A stretch of 63,840 bases of DNA, filler included, from Globobulimina sp. (taxonomy: Eukaryota): NCBI GenBank assembly GCA_003354225.1. It is 24 parts of 24 records of this genome, joined end to end, with 100 filler letters (N's around TTAATTAATTAA, not from the genome) between each part and the next. Parts side by side here need not be neighbours in the genome. Positions count along the whole stretch, not along the records: positions 10,664 to 13,228 come from PIVH01005950.1; positions 13,329 to 15,893 come from PIVH01005951.1; positions 15,994 to 18,558 come from PIVH01005952.1; positions 18,659 to 21,223 come from PIVH01005953.1; positions 21,324 to 23,888 come from PIVH01005954.1; 19 more parts are not named here. One strand, given 5' to 3'. Below the pieces are notes generated by a model. That model did not search any database, was not told the DNA's origin, and saw only the letters and a list, made by a program, of their open reading frames with translations. The stretch's first letter is position 1, and every line of letters starts with the position of its first letter. Shown here one piece after another: positions 10,980 to 21,692 of the stretch. A program made the translations under genes and the position numbers.

Positions 10980-13228
10980 ATGCATAAATATCTTAATCAA
11001 ATGAAGAATTTGCGACCTCTTCAAATTGGGTCAAATTTTATAAAACCATTCGACAAAATTATTGCTCGCCGAACCCTGCGATTCTCGATCAATATGGGAT
11101 ATATAAAAAACACAGATTTTGGCTTTGTAAAATCGGTGGGCTGCATCGATGCAATCTCGCTCATTATCGACATAGTCGAACAGAATTCAAGCAATGGCCA
11201 TTGCCCACATGGCATTCTATTAAATTTTGATTCGTGTTTTGATACATTTAATCATGAAAACGTTCTATTCGAATTAAAAAACGATTTTAATTTTACAGGC
11301 AATATATTTGATTATTATTTGGCAGTCCTTAACAACCGATGGATTCGAGTCGTTGCAAACGGCTATAAAACCGACTGGGAGCAAGAAAATGGTCCCCCTC
11401 GAGCGTCTTATGCTTATTGGGAGAACAACTGATGGGTATAATCAATGCCCTTCGTCTCAGACTTACACTTCTTACGTTCGCCGATGACAACAACCTCTTA
11501 ACAAATGGAGAAATAACAAATGGACAGAAAATATTAATTATGCATTGAGAATTATTACGTACATTATTCGCGAAAAACAACTTTTAATGTCTGTTCCCAA
11601 ACAACAATACATTGTATGGAATAAATTGAAACAGATTCCCACAATTTACAACCATACAGAGAAATATTTAGACATTAATATGATGACAGATATGTCCAAC
11701 AAATTTGAACCAGTCACACGCGAATACGTCGCAGTCAAATATTTAGGAGCTTTGCTCGATATCCACCTCACGCTCGAGATCTGGATGAAGCGAATCTATC
11801 ACAAATCAAAGAATTCAGTTTTAAAAATTATGACAAATTTCGGGAACTCCGTCGTAATCAAAGCATTTTGGATCCAACAATTGTTCAAATCCCTCATTAT
11901 ACCAAAAATGTATGGAATTGAATTATGGGGGTCCTCTACGTTGAAAATCCGATCGAAAATCAAAGCACTGTACAACGATATGATTAGGTTTAGTAATGGC
12001 GACAGTGATAATTCATCGCCGCTTCATATCCTTGAAATGCAAATTAAATGGCACAATTTTGAAGATTTAGTCATTTTTCGTCAAGCAAATTTATGGTCGA
12101 AGTTCATTCGATCACCAAATACCAACTTTCTCTCAACATATATTGAGGAGAAGTATTGGCCGGATTGGATTAAGAAACGTGAAGATGATCAAACAAACTA
12201 CAGCATCAAATCAAAAAGAACAACCGAAGAAAACGAGGTAAAATGCGAAGGAATTGCAATTAGCGATATTGAAATCATCGGATCAATTAAACGAAAAAAT
12301 CTAGAAAATACGTCATGGGATTTTGTTGGCAACGCAATCAATGACGAACCATATAAATCACTCAAGACAAAAAATACAAAATCAAAGAATTATCCCATGA
12401 AACGAGGTCTATTCAATACAATATTCAATTCGGCGGTGTCTCTTCGATCAACAGACTACAAATTTATGAAAAACATTGAATTTTGCGAGATTCCTAAATC
12501 CATCGCATCCTATCATGCCCCATTGCGTATACCCCACAATCTACAGCCACATATATACGATAATGATAAAAAAGTGATTGATTTCAGCCAAGATTGGCTA
12601 AAACAACTACTGTGTGACAATCAAATCCATCCAACATCGCTACAATTGGTATTTACAGATGGCTCAAATAAAAATCAATATGGAGGTTCTGGATTATTCT
12701 CCTGCTCTGCGCAATATTATTTATATGATTTATCGTATGATCAAATAATAAAACATAAATTTGTGGACCCCGATAGAGGGAAAAATCATAATTCAATTTC
12801 CAATTATTTTTACCATGCGAGATCAGTAAGTATACGTTCAAGTATTGACCATTGTGAACTCGACGGAGTCGATTTGGTATTAGATGACTTCGATTATTAT
12901 ATAAAAATGATAGAGACAAATGACCCAAAACAAATCCCTGAGCATATCATGTTGATTATAGATAATATTGGTGTTATTAAGTGGATATCTGGTGAAAATC
13001 AGATAAAATCAACAATCATATACAAAAAAATACAAAAAATACATAAACAAATTGATGCATTAAATGATTATCAAATTAAAGTTCATCTTGTATGGAAAAA
13101 CTCGCATACAGGCGAACCAGGGAACGAATTGGCCGATATCTTGGCTAAATTGGCAATGTTAAATCTATATCAATCCAGAAAGTGGCCTGAATATACTCTA
13201 AATCCTTCGATCAATGAATGGCTGAATT
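10980..13228 (+). mobile_element. Degenerate non-LTR retrotransposon pol: frameshifted reverse transcriptase plus RNase H
   Basis: RT motifs FGFVK, LLNFDSCFDTFNH, NGPP, then LTFADD (11471-11488, different frame) and VKYLG. RNase H motifs VFTDGS, HCELDGV, IIDN and WKNSHTGEPGNELADILAK. Confidence 0.9.
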
Positions 13229-13576
13229 NNNNNNNNNNNNNNNNNNNNNNNNNNNNNNNNNNNNNNNNNNNNTTAATTAATTAANNNNNNNNNNNNNNNN
13301 NNNNNNNNNNNNNNNNNNNNNNNNNNNNGACATATATTTACAATGATATAAACAGTAGAAAAATAACTTAAAAACAAAATTAAAAAACACAAGAAAGGGA
13401 AGCAATGTCATTTCTTTAATTGTAATCGAAATAAGATGTAAAGGGCAGAATAAACATACATTGTATACATTACATCCATACACAAAATAAATAAACACAC
13501 ACAACAAACACGACAACGCAATTAGTTTGGTACTGGTCACTGGAACACTTATTTTATATTTTAAATTGATTGTTAT

Positions 13577-15893
13577 TTATTGGTCAGAATCCATACCAAT
13601 ATTACTCATCGACATGCCGCCATTATGTGACAAACTCATATTTGTGACAGAATTCATATTAAAATTCGGATTGGAGCTTCCAAAGCCAATATCAATCTGA
13701 TCAGAGACACTAAAATTCGCATTCAAGCTTAAATTGGATCCGCTCATTTGTGCATTAATCGGCATACTATTCGACGCGCTCAAATTATTTAAGATATTGT
13801 CGATATTCATATCCATAATCTCTTGGTCAAACGGGATCATCTCGCTGTTATTATAATTATTCTCCAAATTATTGTCATGCACAGCAAACTGCGAATTTAT
13901 GGAATTCATCAACTCGAAGGAATTATTATTGGAGTGGCTATTGCCCGCCATCGGCGGTGTAACCATCCCGTTATTGGAATGATGCGAATGTGCGGACGAC
14001 GATGGATGTGATTGATGCGATATTTGCGACGCTCTCCTTGGCTTTGCACATTGGTTATTGGTGGGCGGCGGCGGTAATAAGTTGGGCGACATTGCCATTT
14101 GTTGGGTCAACAGAGGCTGCGGCAATATCGGTGGCGGCAAATGATAATACGGCTGATAATGATAGTTATTATGCTGATTGCCGTAGATTTGCAAACTGGG
14201 TAAGGCCGACATTGCGTTATAACTATTATTGGGATAATAGAAATGTCCCTGAATACCGTTATTACCGTTGGGATTGGCGCCATATGTGGCTGCCACCGAT
14301 GATACGTCGCTGCCGGAAGGGGTCGACACGATGGTAGAGGCCACTGTGGCTGCCGTGGTCGGCGTGGATTGCCGGTTGAGGTTGACAGTGGGAGGAGGCA
14401 TATTGCTCACCACTGTGGTGTGCGAATGCGACGCCGTAGTATGCGTACTGTGGTTGGTCGAATGAAGCGATTCCGGCTTAATGTCTTTTTTATAATATTG
14501 CTTCATAAGAAGTACGTCGTGGTAGCTCTGTCGGCGTTGTTGCCCAACGGGCGTTTTTAAGGGAGGCGGCAATATGTTGTTGCCATTGAACATGGGTTGG
14601 GGCGCACCGCCCGAATACCGGGCGGGTTGCGGCAGGAACACCGGCTGATTGATGTTGTTACTCATTGGCGGGTTATAAGTGCCGGTGTAGGGGTTATATT
14701 CGTCTGCAAGCTGTTTCTGTTCGAACGTCTCCTCTTTGATGTGGGGAGGCTGCGGTTGCAGCCCTTCAATTTGCTGCAAAGCTTGCATGATTTGCACGTC
14801 ATTGTACTCGTTCAACTGTTGCTGATTTATGTATTGCTGTTGCGCGATGTATTGGTCTTTATAAATTTGATTCATTTGCATCTCTGATAATTGCGCGGCC
14901 ATAATATGTTGCTGTTGCTGCTGTTGCTGTAAAGCATACGTAAGCTGCGCACATTTGTCCTTTAGACGGAAGATTTCCTGCTCAGATTTGTTGTTATTGT
15001 GGTTCGCGTCGACTCCGCCACTGTCATTCATGTCGTTGTCGCTCTCGATATATCGGTTATCGCTGTTGGAGTTATCCGAATTGTAACTGTATGAACCATT
15101 AGATTTACGGCTGTCTGAATTCCGTTTGATGGTCGCATCTCGCGAGGAGTTGTTGTTTATGCTTGGAATCACATTCAATAATTTGCTGAGAGTCCCATCA
15201 TTGACGGAGGTGAAATGTATGTAACATTTTAATTTGCGATCCTTGACTGCCTCCACCCAGCTTTGCGCATAATCTTTGATGGACTTTTTCTAAATATTAG
15301 GTACACGGTGACAGCAAAGGGGAAAGGTGCGATTTGTGAGGCTATTAACTGGGTTTTTGGTGCTTATTTGCCATACAACGCCATGTTGCTCGCCAGCAAA
15401 ACGAAACCATTTCTGTAATTTGTCAGATTTCTCCAACGCTAAATCAAAAATTAACGGGTTTGGCCTGGCTTTTTTAAATGAGACTTTTGAGTGCAATATG
15501 TCGCACAAAAAGATATAAAATAAATAGTCGAATTGCACTTTATTTTCTTTGTTTATTTGTATTTTCTTGCAGTATTGGTGCAAATTGTAATTTAATATCG
15601 GCCAAAAGAATAAGTCGCCGAACCATTTCCCTTTTTGTCTGTTCCACCAATTATCGGCAATACGCCAATATTTCTTGAATATGGGCGGCAGGTTTTTGCA
15701 TTGAGATAAATGGACACCGGGCCAGGACTCAATGGTTGTACACATTCGGTCCAATGCTTCGGTTTGGACTGTTGAGGATATACGGAAAGCCGGGGCCGAT
15801 CTCACTATTTGCAATGTTTCGTCGCGTAATAATTTGTGTGCTGCGCTGGTCACTACATCTTCGAAATTCTTTTTCCTTTTTTCTACATTTAAT
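13577..15893 (-). CDS. Protein with a globular N-terminal region and a long Q/N/P/S/H-rich low-complexity tail (possible regulator), 5'-partial, intron at 15290-15376
   Basis: Two same-frame ORFs joined by an 87-nt phase-0 intron (GTATGG...ATTTAG) whose acceptor contains the apparent TAG. Confidence 0.7.
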
Positions 15894-15993
15894 NNNNNNN
15901 NNNNNNNNNNNNNNNNNNNNNNNNNNNNNNNNNNNNNTTAATTAATTAANNNNNNNNNNNNNNNNNNNNNNNNNNNNNNNNNNNNNNNNNNNN

Positions 15994-16095
15994 TGGTCAA
16001 AAGGTGTAGCAAATGATGGAAGGATATTTTATAAAAATGCAATCACCAAAACAACTCAATGGCAAAAACCATTGGATGAAGCAACAAATCAATAA
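15994..16095 (+). CDS. C-terminal WW domain fragment
   Basis: WSKGVANDGRIFYKNAITKTTQWQKP followed shortly by a stop. Confidence 0.8.
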   Translation, partial: WSKGVANDGRIFYKNAITKTTQWQKPLDEATNQ

Positions 16096-16368
16096 ATAAA
16101 TAATTAACTATCATTGTACATACTTTAGAACATTTTTTTTTTGAACATAATTAATTTTAAAATTTTGAATTAAAGGAAGTGACATCATCTTCCATGTGTG
16201 CGAGGATAATGTATACAGTTTCAATGCTCTAAAGTAATGTGTATAAAATGATGCTATACTTTGACTAAAAAACTGTTTGCTTCTAGCTCAAAATCCTAAA
16301 CAGGATTGCGTTGCCCCAAGTCATCTTTGGATTTTTGGAACCACACAAAATAATCAATATCAATCAAT

Positions 16369-18558
16369 ATGAAATTTTGTGGTACAAAAAACAATCGTCG
16401 CAAAGAAGTTATGCCCCATAAATACAAACAAAACACAACACAGCTAAATAACACCAAAATGACACGTACTAATATTCAGAAAAATGACTCCCAAAATAAC
16501 GCACCGCAAAAAATGAATTCATCACATTCAAAAAATGGAAACAATGGAAACAATGGAAACAAAGTGAACGAAAATGGTTCTAAGTCATCACTCTCTCAGT
16601 CTCAGCCATCCGCATCAAACCCCAGCAATAACAGCAATATTAATCGCCCACAGGATGAGGATATCCGTGGTCATGGTTTAAGTGCCAATCCCTACAAATG
16701 GACAGAAGACGAAGTCTCAGAATGGATAAAATATATTGGATACGCACAATATATGGAACTATTCACACAAGAACACGTCAATGGGGAGGCCCTCTTAGCT
16801 CTCACTAAGGACGAATTTGGTCAATTAGGTATTTATGCGCTTGGCCACACTAAGAATATATTAAACAAAATACAATTATTACAAAAATCCGCTGCCAAAC
16901 ATAAGCCACGAGACCCATTCAACGACAACGACTTCGTTCAGTAACCCATATTGTATATAATTTATAATTATATACATCAAAAATATACAGAAATCGCCAT
17001 ACTCCTTCGATCAACGCGATTATTGGGCCTCTCACCCAGTTAATTATAACATCCATACCCACCGTTACTGATAAATATTAAAACACATTCGTTTGTCACA
17101 CAGGAAGCATGTATGTTTATTTGCTAATTTTGCCAATTTTACCACACCAAAAATGCATAGATTCGCAGGACAAACAACGAGATAAGACCACATATTGGGA
17201 GCTATGGTCCAAAATCGTAAATCATCGCGATTTTATGCTAGAACATGATTATAGGAAATTAATGTCACGCTCAGGCTTAGCCAAGCATGACATCGACATG
17301 GTATGTAATGCAATGCGCCATATAACGATCCCATTGCTGCGAATTTGCGCCACACCAAATACTTTAAACAGATCTGGAAATTAGCCACATGTTCCTCGCA
17401 TGGCCGCTGTTCCTTTGACGAGTTCACTTCCATTATGAAGCTGTCGCATCTCTCTCAGATCCGCATCCCATTGTACATCATCAATGTGTCCAAGTTGATC
17501 TTCTACCATCCACCGTTAGCCAGCGTGGAGTTCTTTGAGTTTTCCTCCATTTTCAGCGACTTACAAAAGCAGCAAGTCTTGCAAAACATGGTTGGTTTTT
17601 ACAACTTACCCTCGGCCATCTTGGACAGCGACGACCGATTAATGGAATTGGAGAAGAAGGCGCTGCGTAGATACCATCCCATTCATTTTGAGATCAACGC
17701 CAAAGTATTAATTGCAACGTTCAGCAGCGTCATTTCCGATGCGAGCATCCGCGAATTAGAGAAGTCTGTGCTCACCGTCTTACGCGACATGATCTCCATC
17801 TCTATGAACAACAACCTCTCCATCTTAGACAAGGTATACGTGCAACGGCCGTCGCCCAAAGAATTGGGTATGACTCCGGCGGGGCCGCCGGCTGTAAATA
17901 GTGGCAACCCACAGGTACAAGTTCCGGTGGCTAACAATGCGAAAAACAGCCATGCCAATAACGGCAATGGCAAACAAATGCATAAGTATAAGACTGAAAG
18001 CTATGCGCATCCGCACCCCCACCCGGCACAGATGAATATCAATAACAATGCTCGTAGCGCTATAAATGTGCATCAATATTATGAGCAGCAACAGCAACAG
18101 CAACAACAGCAGCAGCCGCATATGAACGTGAATGAGAAGATAAATGTGGAGGAGATGCAGGCTGTGCTGTTGAGTGAGAATTTCTGGGAGGAATTCGTGA
18201 TCCGGTCCGAGATCGACAAGATTATAATCTCGCCGGATGACAAGATCCGGACCAGACAGGCCATGCAATTGGTGAGTAAGTTACGCGGAGTGTCGCTGAA
18301 AAGTGTCAAGTTCACCGATGACGGCGTCAAGTTGATTGCAAATAAAACCAAGTACGAAATCATGGATGAATTGAATAAGAATAACAACATTCATCTCAAA
18401 GCGTGCATGTTGGGCTTGACGGAGGAGGATATTCCAAATATAGCGCCACAGCAATACAATGATATGATTACAGGCAATAATATGGGTAATATGAGCAATA
18501 TCGGCGCGGCCATGCAGGAGGAGTTGTACAAATGCATTGTGATTGAAGCCTTGCCGCA
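16369..18558 (+). CDS. SAM + EH (Eps15-homology)-like domain protein, 3'-partial; introns at 16941-16990, 17039-17103, 17111-17168 and 17301-17371
   Basis: SAM: WTEDEVSEWIKYIGYAQYMELFTQEHVNGEALLALTKDEFGQLGI..LGH. EH-like: MSRSGLAKHDIDM/IWKLAT...DEFTSIMKL. Also a DPF motif and a polyQ tract. Start may be the ATG at 16459. Confidence 0.75.
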
Positions 18559-18698
18559 NNNNNNNNNNNNNNNNNNNNNNNNNNNNNNNNNNNNNNNNNN
18601 NNTTAATTAATTAANNNNNNNNNNNNNNNNNNNNNNNNNNNNNNNNNNNNNNNNNNNNTAATTAATTCAGTGCTTGAGGCAATGGAGCACGCCACCCT

Positions 18699-19799
18699 AT
18701 GATTATTTTTGTCCATCTGCTCAACGACCGCTCTGGTAGCCCTCGGGTATTGTGTTCGGCTATTGCCGCCCTTACAAAGCCAGGTGACGGTTCACGTTTG
18801 TTCGTTGGCAGCGATGGCGTTGGCTCTCTCAATGATGCAGATATTGTAACGACGCGCTACTGGTACTGGCGTTCACCGTATCGCTTACTCACATTGTTCA
18901 CCTATTTTTTTAGCCAACTTTGTCTGTTGGTGCGACTTTTGTGTGCACGGGGTATCAATCGTGATGCCCTGATCTATGTGAATACTATGCTGCCGTTTGG
19001 TGCAGCCTTGTATGGCTGGATAACGGGGCGAACGGTGGTTTACCATTTCCATGAAGTATCTGTCCGTCCTGCATTACTGGGGCGTTTCTTGACAGCGATA
19101 GCTCGCTACATAGCAAAGCGCCTTATCTATGTTTCCGATTTTCACCGCGAATGTCTGCCTATTCCTGCTGTCTCTGCCACAATCGTCCACAACGCTTTGG
19201 ATGTAAATTTTTTTGCGCTTACTAAAGAGTGTCATTATCAACATCACCACAACGGTGTGTTTAATGTGCTGATGCTGTCTTCCCTGAGACATTACAAGGG
19301 CGTGCCAGAGTTTTTGGCTTTGGCGGGCCAGCTACTTGAGAGGTCCGATATCCACTTTGATCTTGTGGGCAACGATGACGAAACTGTCATTTCGCGCTAT
19401 TTTGCAGATAAGTCTCTACCAGTCAATGTCTCTGTTCATTCGCGTACGGAAAATCCAGCTATGTATTATGCCAGAGCTAGTCTGGTTCTTAACATGTCAC
19501 GACCGGATCTGTGTGTAGAGACTTTTGGTCTGACCTTGCTGGAGGCTATGGCCTTTGGTGTGCCAGTGATTGCCCCGCCGGTGGGTGGCCCGCCAGAATT
19601 GGTTGGTGATGGCGTAAATGGCTATTTGCTGGATTCCCGAAACACTGATGAGGTGAAAGACAAGATTTTAGAATTGGCAAACGATTCAGAACTTTGTCTG
19701 AGATTATCCAAGGCTGCCAGAGAGAAAGCGGAGATGTTTTCTCCTTCCAGGTTTAAAGCAAATATCGTTGATGCTATAAATGCTGTAGCAACTTCATAG
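18699..19799 (+). CDS. Bacterial glycosyltransferase family 4 (GT-B)
   Basis: YHFHE, YKGVPEF and ETFGLTLLEAMAFGVPVIAPPVGGPPELV motifs; intronless; higher GC than the eukaryotic contigs. Confidence 0.92.
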   Translation: MIIFVHLLNDRSGSPRVLCSAIAALTKPGDGSRLFVGSDGVGSLNDADIVTTRYWYWRSPYRLLTLFTYFFSQLCLLVRLLCARGINRDALIYVNTMLPFGAALYGWITGRTVVYHFHEVSVRPALLGRFLTAIARYIAKRLIYVSDFHRECLPIPAVSATIVHNALDVNFFALTKECHYQHHHNGVFNVLMLSSLRHYKGVPEFLALAGQLLERSDIHFDLVGNDDETVISRYFADKSLPVNVSVHSRTENPAMYYARASLVLNMSRPDLCVETFGLTLLEAMAFGVPVIAPPVGGPPELVGDGVNGYLLDSRNTDEVKDKILELANDSELCLRLSKAAREKAEMFSPSRFKANIVDAINAVATS

Positions 19800-19819
19800 A
19801 CTATATTTACCAGGTTTTT

Positions 19820-20899
19820 ATGGCTAAGAAAATTGCAATTATTGGTACTGTCGGCCTACCTGCAAAATATGGTGGTTTTGAAACTTTGACGGAATACCTG
19901 ACCAAACATTTGGGTGGCGTTCTAGATCTTACGGTATTCTGCAGCTCTAAAAACTATAATAAAAAACTCAAAACATACAATAATGCCCGTTTGATCTATG
20001 TTTCTTTAGATGCTAACGGGGTTCAAAGCATATTTTATGACATTGTTTCGATGGTCAAAGCTCTCCGATTCGCAGATATTTTTTTGATCCTGGGTGTATC
20101 TGGGTGCATTGCTCTACCACTGATCAGGCTGATAAGTAAAAAAAAGATCGTGGTCAATATTGATGGTTTGGAATGGAAACGGGCCAAGTGGAATAGACCT
20201 GCTAAATGGTTTCTCAAGTTTTCTGAAAGGGTAGCTGTAAAATTCTCTGACAAGGTAATTACAGATAACAAGGCAATTCAAGATCACGTTACTGAGGAAT
20301 ATGGCGCAGAGAGTACTATGATTGCCTACGGAGGAGATCACGTAAGGAAAGTTGCTCTTAGTGGTGATGTCAAAACAAAATATCAGATTCCTGTTGAAAG
20401 TTATGCATTTAGTGTATGTAGAATAGAACCTGAGAATAATGTGCAAGTTATTTTAGATGCATTTTCTAGCATGGATACTCCTTTATTTTTTGTAGGTAAT
20501 TGGAATAATAGTGAGTATGGCAAACTGTTGAGAGTGCAATATTCCCATTATAAGAATATTCACTTGCTTGACCCTATCTACAAGCAGGACATACTCGATC
20601 AATTAAGGAGTAATGCGAGCGTCTATATCCATGGACATAGTGCTGGTGGAACAAATCCATCTTTGGTCGAAGCAATGTGTCTTGGTCTTCCTGTGGTGTC
20701 GTTTGATGTTCAGTACAATAGAGCAACTACAAAGAATAGAGCATTATATTTCACAACTGCAACAGCTTTAAAAAATATTGTTATTGACAAAAAAGAGGAT
20801 TTTGTTGGTATTGGTTTGGCTCTCAAATCTGTTGCGGTATCAAAATATAGGTGGGATATTATTGCCAAACAGTACGCAGCTGTGATTAGCGGCATATGA
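19820..20899 (+). CDS. Bacterial DUF1972-containing glycosyltransferase (WchF-like, putative rhamnosyltransferase)
   Basis: IIGTVGLPAKYGGFET, NIDGLEWKRAKW, VCRIEPENN and HGHSAGGTNPSLVEAM; starts 20 nt after the preceding GT. Confidence 0.9.
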   Translation: MAKKIAIIGTVGLPAKYGGFETLTEYLTKHLGGVLDLTVFCSSKNYNKKLKTYNNARLIYVSLDANGVQSIFYDIVSMVKALRFADIFLILGVSGCIALPLIRLISKKKIVVNIDGLEWKRAKWNRPAKWFLKFSERVAVKFSDKVITDNKAIQDHVTEEYGAESTMIAYGGDHVRKVALSGDVKTKYQIPVESYAFSVCRIEPENNVQVILDAFSSMDTPLFFVGNWNNSEYGKLLRVQYSHYKNIHLLDPIYKQDILDQLRSNASVYIHGHSAGGTNPSLVEAMCLGLPVVSFDVQYNRATTKNRALYFTTATALKNIVIDKKEDFVGIGLALKSVAVSKYRWDIIAKQYAAVISGI

Positions 20900-21004
20900 T
20901 TTCAATTGAATGGTCTTTAGTTTTACTAGCAATATTCTATCCAAGTTTGTGTCACAATATTCAAATTATTCTCTTTCATCATAGTACCCAACTCGGTCTT
21001 CCGC

Positions 21005-21223
21005 ATGGAATATAAATATTCTCCTGAGGCACAATTAATTCTGTATTTGTTGAAATCTATACCGATTGCTTTAGAAAAATCTCTATCTTCAAAAATAATA
21101 TCACAATTTGAAAAAATAGATATCGAACGCTTTATTTATCTAATCGAGAGAAATGGTGTTGGCGGTCTTCTATATCTCCATTATAACGAGACAACCTACT
21201 TACCCGTAGAGGTAAAGAACAGG
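21005..21223 (+). CDS. Bacterial putative nucleotidyltransferase-family protein N-terminus, 3'-partial
   Basis: IDIERFIYLIERNGVGGLLY resembles the IDW..LL..A..HGV.PLLY N-terminal motif of NTP_transf_5 proteins found in polysaccharide loci. Confidence 0.5.
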
Positions 21224-21323
21224 NNNNNNNNNNNNNNNNNNNNNNNNNNNNNNNNNNNNNNNNNNNNTTAATTAATTAANNNNNNNNNNNNNNNNNNNNN
21301 NNNNNNNNNNNNNNNNNNNNNNN

Positions 21324-21514
21324 TTTATTTTTATTGACGAGAAACATAGTAAACATACATGAAATTTGCCGTATATTAATTGCGGGTCAAAATAGAGGTA
21401 GGCTAAGTTTATGAAACCGAATTGTGAGCCTACAGTGGTTATCACTGCGATGGCTAACCATGTTTTCGAAATTGGTGTCAGATTTTTAAACCATTGTTCT
21501 GGTGATCCTGCCAT
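21324..21514 (-). CDS. Derlin (Der1-like) first exon, 3'-partial
   Basis: MAGSPEQWFKNLTPISKTWL...YLYFDPQLIYGKFH, followed by a GTATGT donor at 21358. Confidence 0.85.
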
Positions 21515-21692
21515 GGCGCTTTTTGCTGTGTGAGTCTGTGATGTGCGGAATGTTACTTGTCTGTGGTGTGTGATGTGATTGGTTGTATTAATGAATTCAA
21601 CGGTTGTGCTATTAATGCGGTGACATGAGCTAAGTATAGATTTATAATTTACAGCTGTCAAATTCAAAACTTTCAAAACCTAACTTAAAAAC

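Noticed and set aside
15290-15292. In-frame TAG between two same-frame ORFs as possible read-through or code reassignment
   Set aside because: It is explained as the acceptor of an 87-nt GT-AG intron. TAA and TAG terminate conserved genes elsewhere in the window.
18659-21223. Horizontal transfer of a glycosyltransferase operon into the eukaryote
   Set aside because: The whole contig is bacterial with no eukaryotic flank, so co-sequenced bacterial DNA is a sufficient explanation.
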